DNA of 63,953 bases, counting the filler, from Welwitschia mirabilis (Eukaryota): the NCBI GenBank assembly GCA_051453625.1. It is 5 parts of one record of this genome, joined end to end, with 100 filler letters (N's around TTAATTAATTAA, not from the genome) between each part and the next. Parts side by side here need not be neighbours in the genome. Positions count along the whole stretch, not along the records: positions 12,214 to 35,882 come from JBOZIK010000001.1; positions 35,983 to 58,147 come from JBOZIK010000001.1; 3 more parts are not named here. The stretch is one strand, 5' to 3'. How positions within the stretch are numbered: the first letter of the stretch is position 1; each line of letters begins with the position of its first letter. The translations under genes and the position numbers were made by a program. Below are positions 25,901 through 38,847 of this stretch, in pieces. A model generated the notes under the pieces. It did not search any database. It was not told where the DNA came from and saw only the letters and a program-made list of their open reading frames with translations.

Positions 25901-28900
25901 NNNNNNNNNNNNNNNNNNNNNNNNNNNNNNNNNNNNNNNNNNNNNNNNNNNNNNNNNNNNNNNNNNNNNNNNNNNNNNNNNNNNNNNNNNNNNNNNNNNN
26001 NNNNNNNNNNNNNNNNNNNNNNNNNNNNNNNNNNNNNNNNNNNNNNNNNNNNNNNNNNNNNNNNNNNNNNNNNNNNNNNNNNNNNNNNNNNNNNNNNNNN
26101 NNNNNNNNNNNNNNNNNNNNNNNNNNNNNNNNNNNNNNNNNNNNNNNNNNNNNNNNNNNNNNNNNNNNNNNNNNNNNNNNNNNNNNNNNNNNNNNNNNNN
26201 NNNNNNNNNNNNNNNNNNNNNNNNNNNNNNNNNNNNNNNNNNNNNNNNNNNNNNNNNNNNNNNNNNNNNNNNNNNNNNNNNNNNNNNNNNNNNNNNNNNN
26301 NNNNNNNNNNNNNNNNNNNNNNNNNNNNNNNNNNNNNNNNNNNNNNNNNNNNNNNNNNNNNNNNNNNNNNNNNNNNNNNNNNNNNNNNNNNNNNNNNNNN
26401 NNNNNNNNNNNNNNNNNNNNNNNNNNNNNNNNNNNNNNNNNNNNNNNNNNNNNNNNNNNNNNNNNNNNNNNNNNNNNNNNNNNNNNNNNNNNNNNNNNNN
26501 NNNNNNNNNNNNNNNNNNNNNNNNNNNNNNNNNNNNNNNNNNNNNTAGGCATCTTCAAGTTGATAAAGGTTTTAATAACTATGATAATATTTGTAAAATT
26601 TTAAAGATGTTAACATTAATATTCAACCTCTTAAGATAATTAAGAAAATTCCTTCATATGTCAAGTTTCTTAAAGGCTTATGCACTTGTGAAAAAAATCT
26701 AATCTTTTAGATAAATTATTAATCTTACCACATCTACTACTTATGTTTTTCAATTAAAAATCCTTGTGAAATATGATAATCTTGGGTCATCCACTATTTT
26801 TATTACTATTGATGATTATATTATAGATAAAGCCTTAGTAGTTTTAGAAGCCATAGGTAACTTTATGATAGATTGTATGTTTTTAAGTCTTAGGATTTAC
26901 CATGTTGATCCCATTAATGTAATTATTTTCATGATTAATGGAAATTTGGTTAAATACTCAATAATATTAAAATATGTTTTATTTAAAATTAATAGAGTAG
27001 TTTATCCTATGAACTTCATTGTCCTTAAAGTTTTTATGGATTCCACTATTTACCTTATCATTCTTGATAGACCTTCAAAAGCAATAGTAGATACAAAAAA
27101 TAATTATAGATTGGGTGCATTAAAAATTATATTTGAGAATCTTTCTATTACCTTAAATATATTTTTTAGTTGGGATGCAAATACCATAAAATTAAATGAA
27201 CATTCACCTTTGCCTAAAATATAGTCTACAAGTGATAATTTATTTTCAATTTTGAATAATATTCTTTGTTTGAATGCTAAACATAAGTTACCTATTACAT
27301 CTTATTTGGATTTAAATAAAAGTGATAATCCTATTGAATGTGTTTATTTTGAATATTTTAATTATGTTTTTAAATAAATGAAAATAAAGGTTTCTTTTAA
27401 TGATGTTTTATAGCAAATAGTTTTACTAATGATACTTTAAAGTCTCTACTTAATCATGTAAAGTACATATTTCTAAGTAGTAATCAATTTAAACCCATTA
27501 TAATTAGTGATTATCTTACTTATTTTCAAGAAAAAGAGCATAATAATTTATTACTTGAACATTATTTATCTTTTGTTTGGTCTTATCATGATTTTATTAT
27601 CATTCATCCTTTTGTTTGTTCACATTGAATTTACCTAGATTCTAGTATTAAACACATTCATCAACCTTAGTATATGCTAAATTCAAAGATTAGGGGTATT
27701 GTTAAATAAAAAATCATAAAACTTTGTAAAGTTAATATTATTTACCCCATTTCAAAAAGTTAATGTATGAATTATTTATAAGTTGTTTCAAAGAAAAATG
27801 ATAAATGGAAAATTTGATTCTACTTTCATTCTCTTAAAACTCATACTAATGAAGATCATTTTCTTATACCTTGTACTGATTTAATTTTTGATAAAATTTT
27901 TGGTTATTAATATTATTATTTTCTAGATGGATATAGTAATCATAATCAAATTCTTATAGCTCCAAAAAATTAATAAAAAGCTACTTTTACTTATCCATTT
28001 TAATCCTTTTCATACCATTACATGTCATTTGATTTATGTAATGCTCTTGAAAATTTTTAAAGATGTATGATCGAATTTTTCTCTATGATGATTCTTTTGA
28101 TCAAATAATGTATTATTTAAAGGTAATATTAAATCATTATATTAACCATAACCTTAAATTTTATTAGGAAAACATTATTTCATAGTTACTAGAGGTATTA
28201 TTCTTGGCTGTATTATTTCTTAAAGAGGAAAAAAAGTTAGATCCTACTAAGATTGGTATCATTCATTCTCTTTCTACCTCTACGTATGTTAAAGATATTA
28301 GATCTTTCTTAGCACATGCTAGTTTCTATCACTGTATCATTCTATCTTTTAGTTCTCTTAGTAAACTTTGACTGAAGTTCTTTTAAAAGATGCATCTTTC
28401 TCTTGAATACTTAAACGTGAAATTGAATTTCAAAAACTTAAAGATCTTTTGTCATTTTCTCTTGTTCTTTGAGCTCTTAATTTGTATTATCCCTTTGAAG
28501 CTATGATTAATACAACTAACTTTGCAATAGGTATAGTCTTAGATCAAACTTTTGAACCCTATGTTATTTCTTATGCTAATAAGACCTTACGTGATGCAAA
28601 AATTAATTATTCTACTACTAAAAAGGAGATGCTAGGTATTATCTATGGTCTTGAAAAATTTTCCTACTATCTTTTTAGTTATCTTATAATTATCTCTATC
28701 GATCTTCTCATTTTAAAGTACATTTTAAATAAGTCATTAACTAAACCTTATTTTATTAGTTGGGCTTTACTTATTCAAGAATTTTATATTACTATTAAAG
28801 ATAGACTAGGAAAGAAAAACCATGTTGCTGATCATTTATCTCACTTTTATTATTCCTTAATTCATCTAAAATTAATGGAAATATTCCTAAATCTAATTGC

Positions 28901-29568
28901 TATGAATGTTTTACCTTGATATCACAATATTGCAAATTTTAAATCCTATGGTAAACTTCCTAGTAATTTGTCTTATTATGAACAAAGGAAAATTCTATTT
29001 CAACATCATAAAATTTTAAGGAAACCACCTCTTTTCTTTAAATACTTCTAATTGGGTCTTTTAAATATGTGTACCTAGGAATGAAATGATTGATACATTA
29101 GAATCTTGTCATAATGGTGTTTATGGTGGTCATTTTAATGGAAAAACCACCACATCTAAAATTTTAAATGTTGGCTTCTTTTGACCTATTCCCTTTAAAT
29201 ATGCTAATGAATTTTATAAATCATGTGACAAATACCAAAGAATGGGTAGCATTAGTAGGAGAAACAAAATTCTCTTTGATCCTATTATTGTTTGTGAACC
29301 TTTTAATGTTTAGGTTATAGATTTCATTGGATCATTTTTACCATTCTTTGACAATGTTTATACTCTTTTTTGTAGGGATTATGTTACTAAAAGGGTAAAA
29401 TTAAAGCTTGTAAAGATTGTAATTTTAAAATATTTTTACATTTCTAAAATATTATTTTATATTCGATTTTGGTCATCATAAAGGAATCATTAGTAATTAA
29501 GAAACCCATTTTTGTAATAACACTTTTAGAAACCTTATGCTTAAATGTGGTATTACCTATGAATTTAC
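22906..29568 (+). mobile_element. Athila-type gypsy element, 5' part (LTR to 24036, PBS 24041-24058, gag-pol), truncated by the Sirevirus insertion
   Basis: CA at 24035-24036 then tggtgtcattattaagga, followed by gag, PR, RT, RNase H and integrase remnants in gypsy order. LTR start is a guess. Confidence 0.75.
24400..29568 (+). pseudogene. Decayed gypsy gag-pol
   Basis: Gag (FPTFHGLDYEDLHEFL), PR region (KYDNLGSSTIFITIDDYIIDKAL..YPMNFIVL), RT (YYFLDGYSNHNQILIAP), RNase H (ISYANKTLRDAKINYSTTKKEML..NHVADHLS), INT (CHNGVYGGHF..CDKYQRMG). Confidence 0.88.
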
Positions 29569-30949
29569 TATTACACCTCTTAATTATCAATTGATGATAA
29601 TCTAAGTTTTAATAAATTGAATATAATATCTATATCATTTATGTAGGCCTTGATGAATGTTTGGATGCTTGAGCACATAAAGAAGTAAGAAGAAAAGAAG
29701 AAAAAATCACTTAAATGATTGATTAATTATTACTTAGAGTTTAACCACCTATTGTAGTTATAACTGCAAATACTTAATAAGGGGTTTACTCCCTACAATT
29801 AAGGTTTAACTAATCAATATAACTGAGACATAATTTTCGATAAGCAGTTGACTGCCTATTGATAAGAGGTTGAGAACCTGCATACTTTTTTAAATACATC
29901 ATTTTCACGATGAGATTGACTAATCAAGAATAAGGATTAACTAGAGAAGGAATCGATTAGCTTCTATTAGAGGTTAACTACTCAACACATAATTGAGAAA
30001 TATAACAAGAGATATCAATCAACATTTCAAAGTGATCAATCATTAATATAACCATTAATAAAACTATAATCATTAGGAACTTATCTTGGAGGGAAAACTA
30101 GCTAGTTTGAAGGTTCCAATAGTGATATACCTTGGAATAATGATTTATAATAGTTAGAATTTATCTTTTATATAATATTAACATAATTATACTTGGTTAA
30201 AGTAATGAACATATGCATATAGACGGATTAAGTCTCTCACTATTGGGCCTAATTGTATTATAGCCCATTTTCTTTCTTATTCCTATCAACTTTATATTCT
30301 CTCTCATTATAACTAAATTTATTTGATATTTCTTGAATGTTAAAGAATACTGTAAAGTCTGATTGTAAGGTAAAGGACTGTCATAATGTCTATTTAGTTT
30401 AGAAGTTAAGGATTACCACAAAATCCCATTATAATATGAAGGACTATCAAAAAGTCCCATTGGAGTGTAGTTGGAGGCTACACTAGCTATAAAAGAAAAT
30501 AGGCTTATTTTCATTACCTTGTATCTATTACACTTTATTGTTTGGTTGNNNNNNNNNNNNNNNNNNNNNNNNNNNNNNNNNNNNNNNNNNNNNNNNNNNN
30601 NNNNNNNNNNNNNNNNNNNNNNNNNNNNNNNNNNNNNNNNNNNNNNNNAAGAAAATAGGCTTATTTTCATTACCTTTTATCTATTACACTTTATTGTTTG
30701 GTTGAATTTCATGTGTTAAATTTTTACATGTATTATTAAATTTATGGATTATTTTCATAGTTAAACACTAATATTTAGATAATTATATATCTAATTATAT
30801 TATGGTAACTTAGTGTAACTTTTAAATTGTAAAAACAACCTTAGCTTTCTTATTTACTCCTTCCCTCAAAAATAGCTGATTCTAGCAATTGGTATCAAAG
30901 CTTTGGTAGGGTTTTTTTTATTTCTATTTGATTGTTTAATAAGTACTCA

Positions 30950-32689
30950 AATATGAAACGCTAATCAATCAACTATCCTCCATATTTTATTGGAGGTAAC
31001 TATGAGTTATAAAAGACTAGAATGCAAGTTTTTATTAAACCTATAAGAGTTGATTATTGAACTATTATCAAGAAATGATTTAAACCTCCTATAAAAGCAC
31101 AAGTAAATAATGATATTATAACTTTTTTGGTTAAATCAAGGAGTAAATGGAAAAATGCTAACAAAGACAAGGCTATGTTTAATAAGAAATCCATAAAAGC
31201 CATAGGTTGTGGTATTAGTAAAAAATACTAATAAAGGTAAGGGATGTTTCTACTACTAAGGGTATTTGGAATTATTTATAGATGACATATGAAAAAACTA
31301 GAGAAATAAACAAACAAAGAATCAATGTTCATGAAAGAATTTGAATAAATTTAGATGGAAGGAGATGAAATATTTATAGACTTTAATAACAAGCTCAAGA
31401 ACATTATTAATGAACTTTAAGGGCTTGGAAAACCTCTCAAGGTAAGTTAAATTACTAAGAAAATCATGAGATCACTTTCAAAGGCATTCAAGAATACGGT
31501 ATTATCCATTAAAACTATAGAAACATTAAGAATATCAAGCTAGAAGAGTTGATAAGTGATATTTTAACCTTTGAGTTACAACATCTTCACAAAGATAATA
31601 AAGGAAAAGGTATGGCTTTTAATTCAAATCATTTACTTCTTTAATATGAATTAAGAGCTTAATTTATTCATTAGAAAGTTAAAGAAGATGTTAGTAAGTA
31701 TAAAGTAGAGAAACAAAAAGGATCATGACACAACATCTACAAGATCTGATAAAAGAGAGAAGAGTACCTAATGCAATGCATGTAAAGGATTTGGACACAT
31801 GTCAATTGAGTATCCAAATAATAAAAAGAATAAGGAATTAAGAGAATCTAATAAGATATGCAAAATTGTCACTTGAGATATTAATGAATTAAATTGAGAG
31901 AATACTCAAATTTATAAGAGATTATCTTTCATGGCACTTACATCTCATGCCATGGCATATATCATAAAGGTAACTAATGGTTTTAGTTTTGATTTAACTA
32001 ATCCTCATGATATAGAATTGGAGAATGTTACAAGTCATGCAAATATTAAAGAGAGTAATAAATAGAGTGATTCATTCTCTAATATTAACATTGATGAAAT
32101 CATAAAAGTGGAAGAGATTAATGAAGTTAAAGATCGCAATAATGATAAACAATAAGATGATCTAAAGGAAGCATATCAAGAACTCTTTGAAAAAAGTAAA
32201 ATGATCTTAAAGAAAATATTATTCTTAAGAAAACTATTAAGAAGCTAGAAAAGGATAATAAATGTACCTTAAGTTATCTTAATCTAGTAAATAACGAGGT
32301 AGCGCATAAGATTTTATACTTTGAGAAATACATTAACCACCTTTAAAGGATTCTCAAAAAAGAGGAATAGGAATATAAATGTTTATTAAATAAAATTATA
32401 AAATTACATAATATTATTTTAAACTTTTCCACAAGAAAAAGTATTTTAGAGAAGATACTATTAAAATAAAGATAATCTTTGAATAAAAGTGGCATTGGAT
32501 ACTTGCCTTAATCTATCTTTGTTCTTGATTTATCTAATAAGTTGACTTGATTTCCTAATGTAACAAGTCTTTTTGAAAAATCTCAAAATAAGGTGATGTT
32601 CAAACTTAATCTTATTATTTTTAATATGGTAAAAAGAATATAAAATATTCTATATGTTATTTTTGTAATAGATTTGATCATGATAAATT
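30950..32689 (+). pseudogene. Sirevirus gag, decayed
   Basis: GGNYEL*KTRMQVFIK..KKIMRSLSKAF..KLEELISDILTFE..KGKGMAF; knuckles CNACKGFGH (~31770) and CYFCNRFDH (~32655); KSGIGY motif. Confidence 0.85.
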
Positions 32690-33844
32690 NNNNNNNNNNN
32701 NNNNNNNNNNNNNNNNNNNNNNNNNNNNNNNNNNNNNNNNNNNNNNNNNNNNNNNNNNNNNNNNNNNNNNNNNNNNNNNNNNNNNNNNNATAAATTATCT
32801 TGTATATGTAGCAATTACTTTAAGAACTTCAATACTATAAAAGTCTATTTATTCCTAAAAGATCATATTTTAATTATAGATAGAGAAATGATAGAGATCA
32901 TGTCTCTTGGTAATACTTTCCTAAATATGTAATTTATGATTTTTGTGCATTTCCTTTTTATAATTACAGCTTTAGCTTATTTTTAAAAATATTCCCTTAG
33001 CATGATTTTCTAAATGGAATATTTGTGTTAGTATGAACCAAAGGAAGAGAGATATTTGACTTATATGATAGTTAAATTTTCATAATGTACTCTTTATTAT
33101 TTATAATGTCTATAAGTGTACTCATTCACTACTTCATACTACCATCATAGCTAAGAGCATCCAATAAAAGAAAATTTTTTGGTTCATCTAAGTACTTTTG
33201 TTTATACAATTTACATCTTACATTGGAAAATATTTTATGCTTAATTAAATCTTATAAAAAGTTCTTTTCTCTTAAATTTTATTGTAAATAATCTTCTCTA
33301 AATTTAATTTCTCACTTATTGGACATATATAAATGTACTTTTCTAAGAATATCTATTTCTATTACAATTTTATAAGAGATGCATACATTAAGTAGAGCTA
33401 TTATTAAATTTTTAATCATTGTGATAGGACATGTGATTAGTGCTTGATTCTCTCATGGTATGTATATCAATTACCATCATCATGTGATCTCTAATAATTA
33501 GTATCATATTTTCTTTAGAACTCATATAAGATATTTATAGTAATTATTTATTATAATGTGAATTTTATTGTCTTTATTATTACTTGCACCTTCTCCTTAG
33601 TCATTGATGACAAAGGAAAAGAGAAATATTATGATATTAAAATTTTTAAAATGATAAATTCCTTTACATGCTATACAATAAATGATGCTGGACAAGTTTA
33701 GAAGAAGCATAAACTTAAGAGGAGCATCAAAGAAAATTAAGTTCTCATTAATGATAAAGGGAGATATTATTGCATCTCCTAATTATTAACTAGTAGCAAA
33801 CTAAATTTAAATAAATTAAACCTAATATTTATATTATCTATGTA

Positions 33845-36800
33845 TGTTGTAGTGTATATTTGTGCACGCTTTTATATTCAAAGAGATCCTATCATTTATA
33901 ACTAAAATAGATATTTTACATAATACATCACACTAATATGAGTGGAAGTAGAACCAAAATGTCATATTCACATTGATGTCTATAAGATGAGACTTAGATT
34001 GCTTTGCAAAAGAATATAGGAACCTGAAATAAATAATAAATATAAAGAAATAAAGTATAATAAACAATGCAAGATGTAACTATTCTAAATGCAAACACAA
34101 AATGAACTAATACTACTTGCTTTCAACCTTAACAAAGAATGCCTTTGATAATCTATATCACCTATAAAATTACCACTAGATCAAGGGCAACGTAGACTAT
34201 AAGGATTATTAGAAAATCTAGTTTTTGTATTAAAGAGTAATAAGAATTTTGGTTACAAAATAACTAGGTCCTAATAGAGGATACATAACCCTCCACCAAG
34301 TACATATAATTTTACAATGCTTAAGATGGATCTCCTGCCCTTTTATCTCCTGTCACAAGAATTTCTAATGCAATGAAGATGAGAAGTAGAATTGAAGGAG
34401 GACTTATTTATAGGAAAATATAGCAAAAAAGGATAAACAAAAGGAATGGTTAGATGCACTCATTTATAATTTAGATATGTATAAAACAGTTAAGGGTCAC
34501 TGTCAGAGTCGGTTACATGTCAGTGTCATCTGGGATGTCATCCAAATAACATGAGGATGATAATACATTATAAAAGATGACTCAAAATCATGACTCAGCA
34601 GTCCACATCAGTAGTCGTCGTCTTGCCTGTCATGGGGATAAGAGAGGATATGATCATTTTCTTTAATCATTTGCATAAAGAGAACTTNNNNNNNNNNNNN
34701 NNNNNNNNNNNNNNNNNNNNNNNNNNNNNNNNNNNNNNNNNNNNNNNNNNNNNNNNNNNNNNNNNNNNNNNNNNNNNNNNNNNNNNNNNNNNNNNNNNNN
34801 NNNNNNNNNNNNNNNNNNNNNNNNNNNNNNNNNNNNNNNNNNNNNNNNNNNNNNNNNNNNNNNNNNNNNNNNNNNNNNNNNNNNNNNNNNNNNNNNNNNN
34901 NNNNNNNNNNNNNNNNNNNNNNNNNNNNNNNNNNNNNNNNNNNNNNNNNNNNNNNNNNNNNNNNNNNNNNNNNNNNNNNNNNNNNNNNNNNNNNNNNNNN
35001 NNNNNNNNNNNNNNNNNNNNNNNNNNNNNNNNNNNNNNNNNNNNNNNNNNNNNNNNNNNNNNNNNNNNNNNNNNNNNNNNNNNNNNNNNNNNNNNNNNNN
35101 NNNNNNNNNNNNNNNNNNNNNNNNNNNNNNNNNNNNNNNNNNNNNNNNNNNNNNNNNNNNNNNNNNNNNNNNNNNNNNNNNNNNNNNNNNNNNNNNNNNN
35201 NNNNNNNNNNNNNNNNNNNNNNNNNNNNNNNNNNNNNNNNNNNNNNNNNNNNNNNNNNNNNNNNNNNNNNNNNNNNNNNNNNNNNNNNNNNNNNNNNNNN
35301 NNNNNNNNNNNNNNNNNNNNNNNNNNNNNNNNNNNNNNNNNNNNNNNNNNNNNNNNNNNNNNNNNNNNNNNNNNNNNNNNNNNNNNNNNNNNNNNNNNNN
35401 NNNNNNNNNNNNNNNNNNNNNNNNNNNNNNNNNNNNNNNNNNNNNNNNNNNNNNNNNNNNNNNCTAAGAAAATATGGTAATGACTTTGAAATAACTAATC
35501 AAACCACAAAAGATAACAAGAAGAATGTACATAAGATAACATAAACAAAAGATAGCTCACTGATCTAATATTTTAACATAGTAGACTCTCATGAAAGAAA
35601 TTGTAACATCACTTGACATGGAAAATGCATGACTTAATGTACAAAAATTCCATTTGATAAGGAAGTGATTATGATGATGCTAGAGTAAAAGGTTTTAAAA
35701 AATGAATGATTAGACCAAAGATTTATTTAAAAATAAACTTGCTTACCATTGTCTCAAAACAAACATCCAAATCACAAGAAATGAAATGATCATGTCAAAA
35801 GACTAAGAGTCTAGGAAATAAGAAATTCCTCTAATGACACGAAGAACATCACTAATCCCATAGCCTTAAAGTTTAAATATAANNNNNNNNNNNNNNNNNN
35901 NNNNNNNNNNNNNNNNNNNNNNNNNNTTAATTAATTAANNNNNNNNNNNNNNNNNNNNNNNNNNNNNNNNNNNNNNNNNNNNTGGAATAAGGTTTGAGTG
36001 CATGTGGAGGTCGATTTTTTTATACATTTTCTATATCCATCAGTACTTCTTTAATATTTTTTGCTATCAGCAACCTTTCTTTCTAATACTTGTTCTTAAG
36101 ATTGACTATATTACAGCATCCTATAAATAGTAAACAACAAAAAAAAGATAAAAAAAACTCATCCTATCTGTCATGGGAATGACACAAGAGTTGACAAACA
36201 TAGAAAATAGAAAAAAAGAAATAGAACCAAAAATTAAATAGAGACCTTAAAAAACTCAAAGAATAGTATTGTCATCCACCTAGTTATTGAACATCACAAG
36301 AGACAACATAAAATTAATTTATTATAGAAAAATCAAAATCCAAAAATAAAACTGAGAACAAAAATTACACATTATCATCCTGTCTATCATGTGGACGACA
36401 TAGGTAATGACTACAAAACTTTATAAAAAACTTATAGCTCCTAATAAAATACAATGTTACATAGACAAATAACTAAACAAAGGTCTGATATATACACTCA
36501 AATAATGACAACCTTTGTACTCCTCAATAGCCTTTCCTAGAAATGACACCAATTTGTTGTAGTATATATTTGTACAAGATTCTATATTCAAAGAGATTGT
36601 ATTATTTATAATAAAAATAGATATTTTACACAATACATCACACTAGTATGAGTGTGAGTAAATCCAAATGTGTATTCACATGGAAGTTTATGAGATGAGA
36701 CTTAGGTTTCTTTACAAAAGAATATAGAAACTAGAAATAAATAAGAAATGCAAAGAAATAAAGTACAATGCACAATGCAAGATGCAACTATTCTAAATGA

Positions 36801-37574
36801 AAATGTAAAATTAACTAATACTACTTGCTTTCATCCTTAAAAAAGGCTACACTTGATAATCTATATCACTTAAAAAATTATTATCAAATCAAGGGTAACA
36901 TAGAGTATAAGGGTCGTCATAAAATCTATAATGCAAATAAGAAAACAAAACAAAGGTTTTTGTATTAAAGAGTTACAAGCATCTCTGTTACAAAACAACC
37001 GGGTCTCAATGGAGGATACACAATCCTCCATCCAGTGTATGTCTTTCTGAAATGCTTAAAATGGATCTTTCATCCTTTGATCTCCAAGGAGTACTTATTT
37101 ATAGAAAAATACAGCAAAAAAGGATAAACAAAAGGCATAGTCAGGCACTTATTTACAAATTAGAAATAGATGAAATGATCAAGGATCATTATCAGAGTCA
37201 GTTACATGTCAGTGTCATCTAGGATGTTATTTAGATGACATGGAGGACAATAGTATATTATAAAAGATGACATAGAATGTTAACTCAGTAGTCCACATCA
37301 GTATTCATCATCCTGCCTGTCATGGAAACGATGGAGGGGATGATGATCGTCTTTGATAATTTTCTTGAAGAGAACTTAGAATTTTGTTAATAATCCTTAA
37401 AGCTCTATGCATCAAAAAGTGCCTTTAATACATATAATCTGGATAATAATTGCATATTTTCGATATTTCCTCTTGTATCTCTAAAATCCTCAGAATTACA
37501 CCTAAACCTATATAAACATATTCCAAAAAAGCTCATAAAAACCCATTAAATAACCACAAATTGGTAGTGTAATA
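33845..37574 (-). mobile_element. Athila-type element inserted in the Sirevirus 3' LTR; most of its interior is absent from the assembly
   Basis: Two matching LTRs (33845-34687+ and 36555-37574). PBS at 36536-36551 (minus tggtgtcatttctagg). Flanking atgta/gtgta TSD with 1 mismatch. Confidence 0.85.
35883..35982. other. Artificial scaffold linker
   Basis: 44 N + TTAATTAATTAA + 44 N. Confidence 0.97.
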
Positions 37575-38315
37575 GTGTAGTTATTGAAGAATGTTTAGAG
37601 GCTTGGCCCCATAAATAATAAGAAAAAAATAAGATAAAATCACTTAAACAATCAACTATTTATTACTTAGAGGTGGAGCATCTATTGCATTATAAGTGTA
37701 CATTTTTAATATGGGGTTGACTGTCTATCGTTGAGGGTTTAACCATCTACTATAACTAAAATGGGAATTTCAATAGGTAGTTGACCATCTATTATTAAGC
37801 GGACAATTGCTTAAAGACTTTTTTTAAATATTTCAGTTTCATAATAAGGTTAATTGATCAAGAATAAGAGTTAGTTAGAGAATAAATCAATCAATTTCTA
37901 CTAAAGATTAATCACTCAACACATAAATGAGCAATAAAAAAGGAAAGGTCAGTTGGCATTTCAAAGGGGTTGATTACTAATATAACTAGTGAAAAAAATA
38001 TGTACTTTATAAGGTTATTTTGGAAGGATAACTATTTGTTTTAGAGGATTCAATAGTTATAGACCTTGGAGTCATGATTCATAATAGCTATAATTCATCA
38101 TTTATATAATCTTAATATAATTATACTTAATTAAAGTGATGCACATACACATGATAGAAGGATTAAATCTCTTATTATTAAAATGAATTATATTATAGCA
38201 CATTTTGTATCTTTTTCATATTCACTCTAAATTCTCTTTCATTATAATTAAAGCTATTTAAGTTTGCTTAAAGGCTAATGAATACTATCAAGTCTCATTT
38301 TAAGGTGGAGGACTA

Positions 38316-38554
38316 TGTTGTAGTGTGTATTTATGCAATATTATATTCTTAGTCAAAGCTAATTAATCACAAATATATGCATAAACATAACACACTAATA
38401 TATATAGGAGTAACCCTAAATGTCATAATTTCATCAAAGGTAAAATTGAGAAGAAAAGAAATTCATTTCAAATGAAATAGTAATGTAGTTTCTAAGTAAA
38501 CCAAAATAACAATGCAAAGTAAATAATGAAAAGAAATAAACTTATGCAAATGAG
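38316..38554 (-). repeat. Athila-type LTR fragment (appears to resume at 54767-55059)
   Basis: Starts tgttgtagtg. 38316-38554 plus 54767-55059 together align to the related intact LTR at 55060-55545. Confidence 0.7.
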
Positions 38555-38747
38555 TTTGATGATACCAAATTATCATGTTTTAATGGTGTAATTAGTGATG
38601 TTTTGTAGGGAATAGAACTAAATTTATTCATTTTGTCATAAAACAATCTAACATTCTAATTCTGATATTAAATGCCATATTTTCATCTAGAAAAGCAAGA
38701 ATTCAACCAAGGAACAAAGTGGAGCAACAAGTGGAGGAGAAGACCAA
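38555..38747 (+). repeat. 5' start of an LTR of the 42540-54766 family, cut by gap
   Basis: ccaaattatcatgttttaatgg..aatgccatattttcatctagaaaagcaag..ggaacaaagtggag, nearly identical to the 42540 and 53569 LTR starts. Confidence 0.9.
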
Positions 38748-38847
38748 NNNNNNNNNNNNNNNNNNNNNNNNNNNNNNNNNNNNNNNNNNNNNNNNNNNNN
38801 NNNNNNNNNNNNNNNNNNNNNNNNNNNNNNNNNNNNNNNNNNNNNNN

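Larger units (their letters stand above)
29569..38315 (+). mobile_element. Sirevirus (SIRE/Maximus copia) element, gag only visible, 3' LTR split by later insertions
   Basis: 5' LTR 29569-30887 with C-rich terminus and CA-AT-TGGTATCAAAGC PBS (30890-30901). Long gag. Several PPT-like tracts (33040, 33605, 33755). 3' LTR pieces at 33768-33844 and 37580-38315 are colinear with the 5' LTR. Confidence 0.85.

Noticed and set aside
30493..30704. About 55-bp direct repeat flanking a 100-N gap in the Sirevirus LTR
   Set aside because: Same contig-end pattern; most likely an assembly overlap.
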